Assembly (NCBI GenBank): GCA_011389985.1
Contig: JAABTH010000001.1
Span: 4,158 to 68,157, forward strand
Origin: Bacillota bacterium
Lineage (GTDB): Bacteria; Bacillota; Dethiobacteria; DTU022
Direction: 5' to 3'
Length of the DNA: 64,000 nucleotides
Translations under genes and position numbers: made by a program
Part shown: one piece after another, positions 39,781-50,988 of the stretch
Position numbering within the stretch: the first letter of the stretch is position 1
How the letters are laid out: each line of letters starts with the position of its first letter
Notes under the pieces: model-generated
Seen by the model: only the letters and a program-made list of their open reading frames with translations
What the model was told of the DNA's origin: nothing
Databases searched by the model: none

Positions 39781-40062
39781 CTATTTGCCTCCATCACTGG
39801 TACAGTAATAAGTATTCTTGAGTTCATAATTCTTGAATACTTCACAACTTCCGCATTTACATCCCTTTTCTTCATTAATACACTGGCTTTTTTCATAAGC
39901 ACAAAACAGGGTTTCAGCATGAAGTTTGTCATCATCCATTTTATCAACTAAAAGAATAATATTGCCTGGCATGGCCATTAGCTTACAGGCAAAAGTATAA
40001 CTGGGGCAACTTTTACACTTACACTTAAGCAGATTCTCCTTCGTTTTTTCTACTTTGGACAT
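39781..40062 (-). CDS. DUF2769 Cys-rich protein
   Basis: CKCKSCPSY...LFC..KS.CI...GCKCGSC.V...YYC. Confidence 0.8.
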   Translation of the reverse strand: MSKVEKTKENLLKCKCKSCPSYTFACKLMAMPGNIILLVDKMDDDKLHAETLFCAYEKSQCINEEKGCKCGSCEVFKNYELKNTYYCTSDGGK

Positions 40063-40310
40063 ATGTAAACCTCCAAGTCTTTAACATCTATTTTGAATTT
40101 CCTGATTCTAATGTACAATTGGCGTCTTAAAATGTCAATCAGTTTATTTTTACGTCATTATCAGCATGACGGAATTATTATTGATTCAAAGGAGATTAAT
40201 TTAAAGCAGTAGAATAATACATATTAATATTAATTTGTTTTTTTATTCATTAAAGTAAAGTTACGCTAAGATTGACATTTACCAGGCAAGGTAAAGAAAG
40301 AGGTAAATTC

Positions 40311-41426
40311 ATGAGAAAAAGATTTGGGTGCCTGTTAATGATTGTTTTGATAATGTTAATCGCCGGATGTTCTGAAAGGCCACATGAAGAGCTGCCGCCC
40401 GAGTTAGAAGTAGTTGAAGATAAACCTGATCGGATTGAAGAAACTATTGCAAACATGAGCCTGCGTCAGAAAATAGCCGGATTAATTATAATCGGCCTAG
40501 AAGGTACTTCAGTGAATACACGGATTAAACAAATGTGGGCGGAATATCCTTTCGGTGGGGTGATTCTTTATGAACGAAATTATATCCGGGATGATTGGTT
40601 AAAAGATTTTATTTCTGAACTGAGCGATTTATCCAAACCTGAATATCCCCTGTTAATATGTATTGATGAAGAAGGCGGGGCTATAACGCGCTTGCCCGGT
40701 GAAACCTTTCCGGCTGCTGCAGAACTGGCTTTAATGAGTGAAGAAGAAGCTTACCACGTAGGGCAGGCTATGGCTAAAAAACTTACCGACTTTGGTATAA
40801 ACGTGAACTTTGCTCCTGTTCTAGATGTTAATATTGATCCACGTAATAGTATAATCGGCAGTCGATCATTTGGCAATGATCCGGATCTTGTCAGCGCTTA
40901 CGGAATTGCTCTATTTAAAGGCATGGAATCAGGAGGTGTTGTCCCTGTTGGCAAGCATTTCCCCGGGCATGGATCGACATTGGCTGATTCACACGTTGAG
41001 CTGCCGGTGCTGGAGAAAAACAGGGATGAACTTTTTGCTTTTGAATTAATCCCTTTTATGAAGGCAGTTGAAGCAGGTATACCAATGATAATGACCGCTC
41101 ATATTGTTGTCAATGGTATTGATGATAAACCAACAACTATGTCAAAAACTATGATCGATATATTACGTAATGATCTTGGGTTTGAGGGCGTTATTATTAC
41201 TGATGATCTTGAAATGGGAGCGTTAACTGAGAATTACAGCTGGAAAGAGATTGTAGTTGAAACATTTATGGCAGGAGCAGACCTGTTGTTGATTGGTCAT
41301 GACTATGATTTACAGGTTGAAGCGGTCGATATACTGGAAGAAGCTTTCGAGGCAGGTTTAATCAGTGATGAAAGGTTAAAGAGTTCTTTGCGCCGGGTGA
41401 TGGAAATGCAGGATGAATCATTTTAA
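40311..41426 (+). CDS. nagZ: Beta-N-acetylhexosaminidase (glycoside hydrolase family 3) lipoprotein
   Basis: Lipobox IAGC; IDEEGG, KHFPGHG....DSH, ITDDLEM. Confidence 0.9.
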   Translation: MRKRFGCLLMIVLIMLIAGCSERPHEELPPELEVVEDKPDRIEETIANMSLRQKIAGLIIIGLEGTSVNTRIKQMWAEYPFGGVILYERNYIRDDWLKDFISELSDLSKPEYPLLICIDEEGGAITRLPGETFPAAAELALMSEEEAYHVGQAMAKKLTDFGINVNFAPVLDVNIDPRNSIIGSRSFGNDPDLVSAYGIALFKGMESGGVVPVGKHFPGHGSTLADSHVELPVLEKNRDELFAFELIPFMKAVEAGIPMIMTAHIVVNGIDDKPTTMSKTMIDILRNDLGFEGVIITDDLEMGALTENYSWKEIVVETFMAGADLLLIGHDYDLQVEAVDILEEAFEAGLISDERLKSSLRRVMEMQDESF

Positions 41427-41517
41427 TGCAGGAACTTTGCTAAATTTGAAAGAAAGAAATAATTAATAATTAAATAGTAAAAATTGTCCTCAATTGAATG
41501 GAGATGATCTGAGTATT

Positions 41518-41970
41518 ATGGTTACCGCAACCCAAATAGAGAAAGACTACAGATACAAGAGAACTTACCTTCACAATCTGGCGATGGCGATAGGCGCTAT
41601 TGCTGTAGTTTATTTTATTGTCATGTTCTATATTACAATAAAATTAGCCGGGGCTTTTATACCTTCAGTTCACTTACTAATCATTGCGATGATTGTTATA
41701 ATGGTTTTTATCGTAACCATTTCAGTAAAGCCACCTGTATACGTGAAAATTTCTGGCGGAGAACTCAAAGTGAGGCAAATGTATATCGGGAGCTGGAAAA
41801 AATTAATTCTAAGCGAGTTAAAAACCGTTCGTAATAAAGATGAAATAATTTATTTGGTATCCGGTAACAATAATTACAGGGAAGTTCAGATTAAACCTGA
41901 GCTTCTGCACTCCAATGATGCGAAAGAGTTGCATGGTTTGCTTGATGATATCGTAGCAAACAACAGGTAA
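41518..41970 (+). CDS. Hypothetical 2-TM membrane protein
   Basis: ORF track; GGAG RBS; two TM segments plus a soluble tail. Confidence 0.65.
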   Translation: MVTATQIEKDYRYKRTYLHNLAMAIGAIAVVYFIVMFYITIKLAGAFIPSVHLLIIAMIVIMVFIVTISVKPPVYVKISGGELKVRQMYIGSWKKLILSELKTVRNKDEIIYLVSGNNNYREVQIKPELLHSNDAKELHGLLDDIVANNR

Positions 41971-42030
41971 AATAGAGAAAAAGAAGATACTCCAGGGTCA
42001 GCATAATCCTTAAGGGTGACATAATAATGG

Positions 42031-42063
42031 TATAAGTCGTATCGACTAACGATACGACCTATA
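42031..42063. terminator. Hairpin between convergent genes
   Basis: TATAAGTCGTATCG-ACTAA-CGATACGACCTATA. Confidence 0.6.
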
Positions 42064-42092
42064 CTAATTTATGTTTTTAAAGCCAGCTTATA

Positions 42093-42833
42093 TCAGAAGG
42101 AGAATTCTGCCACTACAGTTGCTCTTACTGTTACTTCATCGGGATTAATTGGTGTTGATGCAGAATCCATGGCCATTTCTTCCTGGATCATATCGTCCTG
42201 TAGCCGGTAGGGAATATAGTCTGCTCTTTCTTCACGAATGCTGTAAAGACCGGATACTTTTTCACCACTACCTTTCGCGATAGCATCTGCTTTTTTAGCA
42301 GCCTGTTCAGTTGCTGTTTGCAGGGCCAGCATCAACATTTCCTGTGGGTCATTTAGCTCAAAGCTGATATAGTTGATGTTGTTAGCTCCTGCACGGACAG
42401 CAGCGTCAATTAATTCACCAATATTTTCAAGCTTTGTTGTGGATATAATAATTTCATTAACAGCCTGAAATGTTTGCAGTTCTTCTTCAGCGGCCGGACG
42501 TTCTTCAAACCATTCCCGGTAACTATACAGCCTGTACGAACCTGTAATGATATCTTCTTCTGCCAATCCGAAATCAAGCAAAGCTTCATGAACAGCTGCA
42601 GCCCTTTGGGCATTTTCTTCAACAGCATCTTCAGCCCGTTTGCTGCGGGTTTCAATAGCCAAACTAACTTTTGCCAGTTCAGGTGGCGCAGTTAATTCAG
42701 CTTCGCCATATGTTTGGATAACTTTTGGCGCATCAGCCGAACCTGTAGTTGACTGATTTCCTCCACAGCCACTGATTACCAATGCTATTATTACTACAAA
42801 AAGAGAAACATACATTACTTTCCTGATACTCAT
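42093..42833 (-). CDS. SIMPL/DUF541 family lipoprotein
   Basis: Lipobox ISGC; LIDAAVRAGAN.I..ISF, A..KA.AIA. Confidence 0.88.
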   Translation of the reverse strand: MSIRKVMYVSLFVVIIALVISGCGGNQSTTGSADAPKVIQTYGEAELTAPPELAKVSLAIETRSKRAEDAVEENAQRAAAVHEALLDFGLAEEDIITGSYRLYSYREWFEERPAAEEELQTFQAVNEIIISTTKLENIGELIDAAVRAGANNINYISFELNDPQEMLMLALQTATEQAAKKADAIAKGSGEKVSGLYSIREERADYIPYRLQDDMIQEEMAMDSASTPINPDEVTVRATVVAEFSF

Positions 42834-43083
42834 TGTTATAATCCTCCCCGAATTTAATCCAATTAACTGTCCCACAATTAATATAGCACCAAATAGTAAA
42901 TATGTAAATAACAGTTAATACTGTGCATTGTAGAATTTTTTGTCATTCTATTCACCTTCTTATTAAATTGACAAATTATTAGCTGTTATGGTTCCTGGAA
43001 GGTTAAAAGCACTAAAAATAAAAGATTATTGCGCTGCAAGTAATATAATGGTAACTTGTGAAAAAGATACTTTCTCCCAGATG

Positions 43084-43112
43084 TTGACATTGGGATGATT
43101 TCATAGTATACT
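43084..43112 (+). promoter_or_regulatory. Near-consensus sigmaA promoter
   Basis: TTGACA-N17-TATACT. Confidence 0.75.
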
Positions 43113-43158
43113 ATATCTATAGTAATAATCATATAAAGGGTTTAGGAGGTTGAGCAGC

Positions 43159-43473
43159 ATGATGGAAGCCAATAGTCATGAAAAAGTTTGTCCCATGTGT
43201 AATAAGGTTTTTTATCCTGAAGATAAGGTTGTTCATAAAACCTTTTGCGGAGATGAATTAGTTTGTGCACCTATCGATGAGAAACATCAAAGTAAAGAAT
43301 GCCGGGTTTATGATTTCTGTTCAGATGAATGTGTGGAAGCTTATGCTAAAAATACTCCGGAGTGCTCATATGAGCCAGGCTGGAAAAAGCTTATGGAGAG
43401 AATTAACAAGGTTAGCAAAACCAGCGGAGTTGCAGGAGCAAGGCCGCATAATATACGTGCAGTATGTAAGTAA
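43159..43473 (+). CDS. Small Cys-rich putative metal-binding protein (TRASH/YHS-like)
   Basis: CPMC...YDFCSDEC; AGGAGG RBS; own promoter and terminator. Confidence 0.7.
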   Translation: MMEANSHEKVCPMCNKVFYPEDKVVHKTFCGDELVCAPIDEKHQSKECRVYDFCSDECVEAYAKNTPECSYEPGWKKLMERINKVSKTSGVAGARPHNIRAVCK

Positions 43474-43485
43474 AAATTTATGCAT

Positions 43486-43538
43486 AAAACCAGTATGGGG
43501 CAGAGATATCATTTATCTTTCTGCCCTATACTGGTTTT
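43486..43538. terminator. Bidirectional intrinsic terminator
   Basis: AAAACCAGTATGGGGCAGA...TCTGCCCTATACTGGTTTT between convergent genes. Confidence 0.8.
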
Positions 43539-43547
43539 TAAATTTTG

Positions 43548-44252
43548 CTACCGGCTAACTTCAGCTTCGTTAGTGTACCCCCGGCTTTCCCAGTACCCTT
43601 TATATTCCAGGTCGGCCGATATCTCTATTTCAGTAACCCATCGGGCCCATTTATAGCCCAATTTATCTTCAGCAATTACTATAAAAGGAAAGCCCAGTGA
43701 ATCCGGTAATGTTATACCGTTACTTGAATAGGCCAGGAGCATATCCCGGTCTTTAATAGTTTCAAGGGACAATGAGGTTGTGTAGCCATCAACACAATGA
43801 AAAATTGCAATCTCGCCACTTCTAAGCACACCCGCATCCTCTAAAAGGTCTGTTATCCGCACACCTTCCCACAAAACTGTTGCATCCCATCCTTCAACAC
43901 AGTAAAGCGTAATCAGCCGTTGGTAACTATCTTTTTCCAGAACCTGATCATAGCTGTATGATAAAGGCTTTTCAACCAGGCCTGTAATCAATAGGTTATA
44001 GCTTTCAAGATCAACCTGTTGTATGCCTGATATGGAATTATCCCTGGGGCCGACAGACGGGTCAAGCCGGGCTCCTTCGTAATCCTTTATTTCCATTTCT
44101 TTGTAGCGGTTTTCGGTCGCCAGGGAAACTAAGTCAGGCTCTTGATCGGAGCTGCTATCAGACAGCCGGCTTCCAGTGATGCCCAGGTATAGGACAACAG
44201 CGGCCAGGATTATGCCTGTTATATAAATTAACTTTTTTTGCATTTTTCTCAC
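43548..44252 (-). CDS. Molybdopterin-dependent oxidoreductase (sulfite oxidase/MsrP-like), membrane-anchored
   Basis: LYCVEGW, WEGV, DGYTTSL, GYKWARWV, GYWESRGY. Confidence 0.88.
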   Translation of the reverse strand: MRKMQKKLIYITGIILAAVVLYLGITGSRLSDSSSDQEPDLVSLATENRYKEMEIKDYEGARLDPSVGPRDNSISGIQQVDLESYNLLITGLVEKPLSYSYDQVLEKDSYQRLITLYCVEGWDATVLWEGVRITDLLEDAGVLRSGEIAIFHCVDGYTTSLSLETIKDRDMLLAYSSNGITLPDSLGFPFIVIAEDKLGYKWARWVTEIEISADLEYKGYWESRGYTNEAEVSR

Positions 44253-44488
44253 CTTCTTAAGCTAGTCAGGTGCCTTTTAACAATATATTAACACAGAATC
44301 AGGTGAAACCAATAACTTATCTGTCTTATGATTATGAAAATAGAGAGGGTTAGGTAAAAGCGAATAATGCTTCGGTCTATTTATGCCGTAACATTTGCTG
44401 CGATCTAGCCCTTCAAAGAGGATATAGATGGTTACGTTGTAGCATTTAGTTCATGATGATATAATCCTACAGGGATATTATTGTATAT

Positions 44489-46303
44489 ATGGGGGATTAC
44501 CTATTGAAACCTGAAAATATAAGGAATTTTTGTATTATAGCCCACATCGACCATGGCAAATCGACTCTGGCCGACAGACTGCTTGAGGCGACCGGAACCC
44601 TTACTGCCAGGCAGATGAAGGAGCAGGTCTTAGACCAGATGGATCTGGAAAGAGAACGGGGCATAACCATAAAACTGCAGGCGGTGCGCCTGGCTTACAG
44701 GGCATTGGACGGAGAGGATTATATTCTTAACCTTATTGATACTCCGGGGCATGTTGATTTTACTTATGAGGTATCAAGAAGCCTTGCAGCCTGTGAAGGG
44801 GCTATTTTGGTTGTAGATGCCGTACAGGGTATCGAAGCGCAAACTCTGGCTAATACCTACCTGGCTTTGGAACAGGATCTGGCTATTGTACCGGTTATCA
44901 ATAAAATTGATCTGGATAGTGCAGACCCCGATCGAGTTAAAAAAGAGCTGGCTGAGGTGATCGGGATTGAAGCAGAGGGTGCTTTAGAGGTTTCGGCAAA
45001 AAAAGGGATTGGTATAAATGAAGTTCTTGAAGCTGTGGTTAGGATGGTACCGCCTCCGGCTGCATGCGATCCTGAAGCGCCCCTGAAGGCGCTTGTATTT
45101 GATTCGCACTATGATAAATACCGTGGAGTAATCGCCTACATCAGGGTAATGGAAGGCCATATCAGCAAGGGTGAAAAGATTAAATTTATGAATACGGGGA
45201 AAATTTTCGAAGTAACAGAAACCGGTGTTTTTCGGCCGGGAATGGAACCGACCACAGGTCTTGCTGCCGGAGAAGTAGGCTACCTGATGGCATCAGTCAA
45301 AAATGTCGGTGACGCCCGGGTAGGTGACACAATTACTGCTGCGGAAAAACCTGCGGCTCAGGCTCTGCCGGGCTACCGTAAAGTTGTCTCAATGGTTTTC
45401 TGTGGTCTGTTTCCTCAGGACAGCAATGATTTTGTAGCCCTTCGTGAAGCAATTGAGAGGCTAAAACTTAATGACTCGGCTCTCACTTATGAACCTGAGA
45501 AGTCAACTGCCCTGGGCCTTGGTTTCCGCTGCGGGTTCCTGGGATTGCTGCACATGGATATTGTCAGGGAAAGGCTCGAACGGGAATACGGTCTTGATCT
45601 GATTGTTTCGGCTCCGAGTGTTGTCTACAGGGTTCATCTAAGAAACAGTGATGTAATCGAAGTCGATAATCCCGCCCTGATGCCAGCTACTGACGAGAGG
45701 GTGGCTATTGAAGAACCTTATGTGGATGCTTCAATCTTAATACCTGCAGAGTATATGGGGGCAGTTATGGAGCTTTGCCAGGAGAAAAGAGGCGAATTTC
45801 GCAATTCCGAATACCTGGAATCCGGAAGAGTAAAGGTTTCATACTTGTTGCCCCTGGCAGAAATTATCTATGATTTCTTTGATTTACTCAAGTCACGCAC
45901 CAGGGGCTATGCGTCGCTTGATTATCAGCTGCATGGATACAGAGAATCAAAACTGGTTCTGATGGATATTCTTGTTAATACTGAAAAAGTTGATGCCCTC
46001 TCTTTCATAATCCACGAAGAGAAAGCTTACCCGAGAGGCAGGGAAATGGTCGAAAAGCTGAAAGATATAATACCGAGGCAGATGTTTGATGTGCCTGTTC
46101 AGGCTGCTGTTGAAAACAAGATTATTGCCCGGGAGACAATAAAGGCTTTGCGTAAGAATGTTACAGAAAAACTTTACGGCGGCGACATTACCCGTAAACG
46201 AAAACTTCTGGAAAAGCAAAAAGAGGGTAAGAAAAAGATGAAGAAAATTGGGCGGGTTGATATTCCTCAGGAAGCTTTCACAGCTGTTCTAAAGGTAAAA
46301 TAA
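44489..46303 (+). CDS. lepA: Elongation factor 4
   Basis: [48 protein letters not shown]. Confidence 0.98.
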   Translation: MGDYLLKPENIRNFCIIAHIDHGKSTLADRLLEATGTLTARQMKEQVLDQMDLERERGITIKLQAVRLAYRALDGEDYILNLIDTPGHVDFTYEVSRSLAACEGAILVVDAVQGIEAQTLANTYLALEQDLAIVPVINKIDLDSADPDRVKKELAEVIGIEAEGALEVSAKKGIGINEVLEAVVRMVPPPAACDPEAPLKALVFDSHYDKYRGVIAYIRVMEGHISKGEKIKFMNTGKIFEVTETGVFRPGMEPTTGLAAGEVGYLMASVKNVGDARVGDTITAAEKPAAQALPGYRKVVSMVFCGLFPQDSNDFVALREAIERLKLNDSALTYEPEKSTALGLGFRCGFLGLLHMDIVRERLEREYGLDLIVSAPSVVYRVHLRNSDVIEVDNPALMPATDERVAIEEPYVDASILIPAEYMGAVMELCQEKRGEFRNSEYLESGRVKVSYLLPLAEIIYDFFDLLKSRTRGYASLDYQLHGYRESKLVLMDILVNTEKVDALSFIIHEEKAYPRGREMVEKLKDIIPRQMFDVPVQAAVENKIIARETIKALRKNVTEKLYGGDITRKRKLLEKQKEGKKKMKKIGRVDIPQEAFTAVLKVK

Positions 46304-46495
46304 AATTATTTAAATTAAAATAATGAGTAGAATTTGAATAGCAAAACTGATGAAATGGTGTTTGTGATAAAATAGTTTCTGTTCTGCATTCTGTTCGACA
46401 TAGTGCAGACATATGAAGAAATCTATGATAGTATGTATTTGTCCGGTCGCTGATAAAATTAATAATGGCCGGGCAATATTTTTGTGAGGATATAG

Positions 46496-47434
46496 ATGAT
46501 CGAACCGACAGATAGTAAAAAAACTGTATTGGCTGATATTTCTTTGGTCTTTGTGGCCCTTTTCTGGGGCTCTAATTTTGTGATCATGAAGCATGCTTTT
46601 GAGGTTATAGAACCTTTTACCTACCTGGGTATTCGCTTCCTTCTTGCTGCTGCCCTATTGGCAATAATTTTTTGGAAAAGGTTAAAAAAAGCCCCAATCG
46701 GTGATTACTGGGCGGGCTGTGTAATCGGCATATTATTATTTACCGGTTATGTTTTTCAGACTATTGGCCTGTTGTATAGCACTCCGGCTAATACCGGTTT
46801 TATCACAGGGATTGCCGTGGTCATAGTCCCCTTTCTTTATTTTATAGTTACGAAGCGTTCTCCCGGTTGGTGGGCATTTCTTGGTGGAGGTTTAGCCGCA
46901 ATTGGTCTTTACCTTATGTCGGCTAATGAATCAATGGGTCTTAGTTTTGGTGATGGGCTCACTCTGATCGGAGCATTCCTGTTTGCCGGTCACCTTATTG
47001 CAATAGCAATGTATGTGAAACAACGTGATCCCATAGTTCTGGCAGTAACCCAGATAGCAGTGACAGGCTTGGCCAGCTTTGTTGTTGCCCTTTTTGTAGA
47101 GCCGGCATCCGGCATGTTCAGTCATTCAATGGCTATCTGGGGAGCTATACTATATGCAGTTATATTCTGTACAATTGGCGCTTTTGTTACGCAGACCATC
47201 GCCCAACGTTACACCCCGCCTATGCATGCCGTTTTGATACTTTCAACAGAGGCAATATTTGCCGGGTTATTCTCATTCCTCTTCTGGGGTGAAATATTTA
47301 CAGCTCAAAAACTTAGCGGGGCGGCATTAATTCTTGCCGGTATTTTGATCACTGAACTCAGGCCGGTTTTGGCCTCAAAAATAGCTGCTTACCAGGCATC
47401 TTCCACCAGGAGAGGCATCCCACCGGTGGAATAA
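46496..47434 (+). CDS. DMT/EamA family transporter
   Basis: FWGSNF, FQTIGL, LSTEAIFA; 10-TM pattern. Confidence 0.9.
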   Translation: MIEPTDSKKTVLADISLVFVALFWGSNFVIMKHAFEVIEPFTYLGIRFLLAAALLAIIFWKRLKKAPIGDYWAGCVIGILLFTGYVFQTIGLLYSTPANTGFITGIAVVIVPFLYFIVTKRSPGWWAFLGGGLAAIGLYLMSANESMGLSFGDGLTLIGAFLFAGHLIAIAMYVKQRDPIVLAVTQIAVTGLASFVVALFVEPASGMFSHSMAIWGAILYAVIFCTIGAFVTQTIAQRYTPPMHAVLILSTEAIFAGLFSFLFWGEIFTAQKLSGAALILAGILITELRPVLASKIAAYQASSTRRGIPPVE

Positions 47435-47444
47435 AATTGTTCTC

Positions 47445-48788
47445 ATGTTTTCTAAAGGGGGTTCAGCTTTGACCGCTTTGGGGAATAAAGGGTACCTTTA
47501 TAACAGTGTGAATTTAAAAATTCGCTGGATTATGTGGTTTTCGTTGATCCTTCTTCATTTGGTTACTTCGTTTCATCGTGTTTCTTTTAATGTAGTCGCC
47601 GATCTTTTAACCGCTGAATTTAATCTAACCGGGGCCGGTCTCGGTAACCTGGCTGCAGCTTATACATACATGTATGTTCTGATGCAAATACCGGGCGGCA
47701 TTCTGGTTGATCGACTGGGCCCAAGACGCATAGCCCTTTTAACCGGGCTGGCGATGGCAAGTGGTTCAATCGTAATCGGGTTTGCTCCAAGCGCTGATTT
47801 TGTTTTTCTGGGCCGCATGCTGATTGGTTTCGGGGGCTCAGTTGTTTTGATCAACATTTTTAAATTCCAGGCTTCATGGTTCCGTGCGGCTGAATTTGCT
47901 ACCATGTCGGGTTTTGCCCTGCTCATAAGCACAAGTGGCGCACTGTTGGCAGCTACTCCGCTGGCCGTGGCGGTAAATGCATATGGGTGGCGTACATCTT
48001 TTATTGCTTTCGGGCTGATGACAATAGTGGTGGCATTTTTCTGCCTATTTATTGTTCGTAACAGCCCCGGAGAAAACCAGGATAACATTGCTTCCGGTAT
48101 TGATAATGATTCAGTCCAAAATGAACCAATAAAAATAAACCTGCAGGCAATTAAAACTGTTTTATCAAACCGCAAGTTATGGATTCCCTTCCTGATAAAT
48201 CTTGGCACCTACAGCGGTTTTGTTGTTTTTGCCGGAACATGGGGGGTTTCATACCTTGTTCATGTGTACGGTATCGGTATTGAAAGAGCATCGGGTTTTA
48301 TGGTGGCCGCTTACATCGGTTACATGGTAGGAGCGCCGTCTGCCGGGGCAATATCTGATCGAATCGGCTCCCGGAAAACACCTGCCGTGGTATTGATCGG
48401 CTTAGCTGCCCTTTTCTGGTTAGCCCTTGCTGCCTGGCCGGGCGGCTTGCTTCCTTTGTGGCTGATCTACGTTTTATGTGTGCTCCTGGGTTTGGGGAGC
48501 GCAGCAACTGTGCTCAGTTTCCCCATGGCCCGTGAAGTTAGTATTCCCGGATATACGGGCCTGGTGACGGCTGCAGTGAACCTTGGAGTTTTCCTCGGTA
48601 TGGCAATATTACAACCTTTTTTCGGTTACATTTTAGATCAGGGCTGGCAGGGTTTAATAATTGATGGCGCCCGCATTTATCCGTTGGAAGCTTACCGGAT
48701 TGGTTTTATTGTTACTTTTATTTTTGCCGCCCTGTCGTTTGTTGCAACTCTTTTTTACCGGGAAAGCAGAATGGGAGAGAAAGCTTAA
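47445..48788 (+). CDS. MFS transporter (start probably TTG at 47469)
   Basis: QIPGGILVDRLGPRR motif A; GAISDRIGSRK. Confidence 0.92.
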   Translation: MFSKGGSALTALGNKGYLYNSVNLKIRWIMWFSLILLHLVTSFHRVSFNVVADLLTAEFNLTGAGLGNLAAAYTYMYVLMQIPGGILVDRLGPRRIALLTGLAMASGSIVIGFAPSADFVFLGRMLIGFGGSVVLINIFKFQASWFRAAEFATMSGFALLISTSGALLAATPLAVAVNAYGWRTSFIAFGLMTIVVAFFCLFIVRNSPGENQDNIASGIDNDSVQNEPIKINLQAIKTVLSNRKLWIPFLINLGTYSGFVVFAGTWGVSYLVHVYGIGIERASGFMVAAYIGYMVGAPSAGAISDRIGSRKTPAVVLIGLAALFWLALAAWPGGLLPLWLIYVLCVLLGLGSAATVLSFPMAREVSIPGYTGLVTAAVNLGVFLGMAILQPFFGYILDQGWQGLIIDGARIYPLEAYRIGFIVTFIFAALSFVATLFYRESRMGEKA

Positions 48789-49786
48789 TGAAGAAAATGA
48801 CATCCAGGGAAAGAATTCTGGCTGCGCTTGCCCTGAATGAACCTGATCAGATCCCTTTTGCAGACGATGTGGATCCTGCTGTCAGGGCTATGGTTATGGA
48901 GTCTGAACAATACAGCGATATCAAATTTTGCCGTAAACTGGGTCTTGATGCAATTGATTACCGGGGCAAAGAGTACTGGTCGCCCCTGTTTTATAAGACT
49001 GTAATTAAAAACGGATACGAATTTCAGCTTGACGGCATGATCAAAAGGGAACGTGACCTCAATTTAATGATTTTTCCTGATTCATCGGATGCAAGCCTGT
49101 ATGATCCGATTAAACGTTATGTTGATAAATATGCTGGGGAAGATCTGGCAATTTTTCTCTACATGGCCTGGGGCATGGATTGTGTGATCAGTTCAATGGG
49201 TTTTGAGGCATTTTCAGAAGCTTTATATGACAACAGAAAACTTGTCGAGAATATTCTCGACCGTTATACAGAGTGGAACAGTGCTATAGTCGATCGCTTA
49301 AATTCAGTGGGAATTGATTTCATCATAACCTATAATAACATTGCTTTTAACAGCGGGCCGTTATTTTCTCCCCAGGTTCTACGAGAGATATTTTTGCCGA
49401 AAATAAAATTGGTTGCAGATGCCTGTAAAATCCCCTGGGTATTTCACAGTGATGGTAACATCAGTCCGATTTTGGAAGACTTGCTTACCCTGCGCATGAA
49501 CGGTATCCACCCGGTTGATCCTTTAAGTATGGATTTGCGTAAAATCAAAAAGCGCTATGGTGAGCGGGTATGCCTTTGGGGTAATGTTGACCTGTCATAT
49601 GCACTGACAAGAGGTACCACTGCTGAAGCGGAGGCAGAAGTAATAAGATGCATTAAATCGGCCGGCCCGGGTGGAGGATACATTTTGGGAAGTGCCAACT
49701 GCCTGCCCGGCTACGTTAAGAAAGATAATGTGCTGGCCATGGCCGGGGCTGTAAAAAAATATGGCAAATACCCGCTTAAGCTCTAA
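48788..49786 (+). CDS. Uroporphyrinogen decarboxylase/MtaA-like family protein
   Basis: MTSRERI..AL..EPD.IP, FHSDG, LWGNVD, GGGYILGS. Confidence 0.85.
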   Translation: MKKMTSRERILAALALNEPDQIPFADDVDPAVRAMVMESEQYSDIKFCRKLGLDAIDYRGKEYWSPLFYKTVIKNGYEFQLDGMIKRERDLNLMIFPDSSDASLYDPIKRYVDKYAGEDLAIFLYMAWGMDCVISSMGFEAFSEALYDNRKLVENILDRYTEWNSAIVDRLNSVGIDFIITYNNIAFNSGPLFSPQVLREIFLPKIKLVADACKIPWVFHSDGNISPILEDLLTLRMNGIHPVDPLSMDLRKIKKRYGERVCLWGNVDLSYALTRGTTAEAEAEVIRCIKSAGPGGGYILGSANCLPGYVKKDNVLAMAGAVKKYGKYPLKL

Positions 49787-49819
49787 ATGTTATAATTGTA
49801 AAAAGGGGAGGCGGTTTGG

Positions 49820-50938
49820 GTGGAAAGGAAAATCAGGGAATATGCTCTGGAGATAGGTTTTGATGAAGTAGGCTTTACAACCGCTGATCCATTTCCTCAG
49901 CTCATTAGCGCTCTAGAAGAGAGAAAAGAAGGTTACAGCTGGATTAGTGAAAGACTGCTGCAGCTTGCTCATGTGGCTGATCCCCATTTTGTTCTCCCCT
50001 CGGCCAAATCGATTGTTGTCCTTTTATATGATTACTACAAGCAGGCTTATCCGGAAGAGCTTCTCGGCCGGATCGGCAAGGCTTACCAGTCAAGACTGTA
50101 TCCCGGGAAAAAGCGCTTATTCGGAAGCCGCCTACGCCTGATCAGGGAGTTTCTTGAAGAGAAGGGAATGGAAGTGGGTATAAGACCGGCTATGCCGGAA
50201 CGTCAGGCAGCGGTAAGGGCAGGGGTAGGCAGGTTTGGCTGCAATACTTTTGTTTATGCCCCTGGCAGGGGTAGTTATATCGGGATCGTGGCAATGGCCG
50301 TCAGCGCCGAATTAGATCCAACAAGTGCAGATGCCGAATCAGGATGCCCCGATGATTGCCGCCGCTGCATCGAGGCCTGCCCAACAGGTGCGCTCTATGC
50401 TCCCTTTAAAATGGATCCCCTTCGCTGTATTGCTTTCAACACTTACGGCGCCGGAAATTTCCCCGGCGCACCTGAAGATATTCCCAATGATATCCGTGAA
50501 AAAATGGGCTCATGGATCTATGGTTGCGATCTCTGTCAGGATGCATGCCCAAAAAATCAAAAACGCCTAAACCAGGAGCTGCTACCTGATGTATACCTTG
50601 AGGAGGCAGCACCCGGGTTTGCGCCCGAGGTTCTCCTCGGTATGGATGATCGCTATTTCAGGGAGAAAGTGCAACAACTTCTTTATGGTTATATCTGGGA
50701 GAAGAAGTTTATCCAGCGCAATGCTGCCATTGCTCTTGGCAACCGCGGAGATGATGCTTATATTGGACTGATAGCGGATGCTCTTAAAGATCCCGAAGAT
50801 ATAGTTCGTCGCTACAGCGCCTGGGCTTTGGGACGTATAGGCGGGCTTAAAAGTAGGAAAGTTTTGGATGTGGCTCTGAAAAGAGAAGATCTACCGGCTG
50901 TGAAAGAAGAGATTAAAGAAGCACTTGGTAAAAGCTGA
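49820..50938 (+). CDS. queG: Epoxyqueuosine reductase (QueG family) with HEAT-repeat C-terminus
   Basis: ERQAAVRAGVG, CRRCIEACPTGA, YGCDLCQDACP, RNAAIALGN. Confidence 0.8.
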   Translation: MERKIREYALEIGFDEVGFTTADPFPQLISALEERKEGYSWISERLLQLAHVADPHFVLPSAKSIVVLLYDYYKQAYPEELLGRIGKAYQSRLYPGKKRLFGSRLRLIREFLEEKGMEVGIRPAMPERQAAVRAGVGRFGCNTFVYAPGRGSYIGIVAMAVSAELDPTSADAESGCPDDCRRCIEACPTGALYAPFKMDPLRCIAFNTYGAGNFPGAPEDIPNDIREKMGSWIYGCDLCQDACPKNQKRLNQELLPDVYLEEAAPGFAPEVLLGMDDRYFREKVQQLLYGYIWEKKFIQRNAAIALGNRGDDAYIGLIADALKDPEDIVRRYSAWALGRIGGLKSRKVLDVALKREDLPAVKEEIKEALGKS

Positions 50939-50988
50939 ACGGGATGATGTAAAGTTTTAAGCGAGAGATTAAAACAGGGAGGCTTAAT

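Noticed and set aside
44489-46303. lepA not followed by hemN-hrcA-dnaK
   Set aside because: That synteny is not universal in Firmicutes, so its absence is not informative alone.
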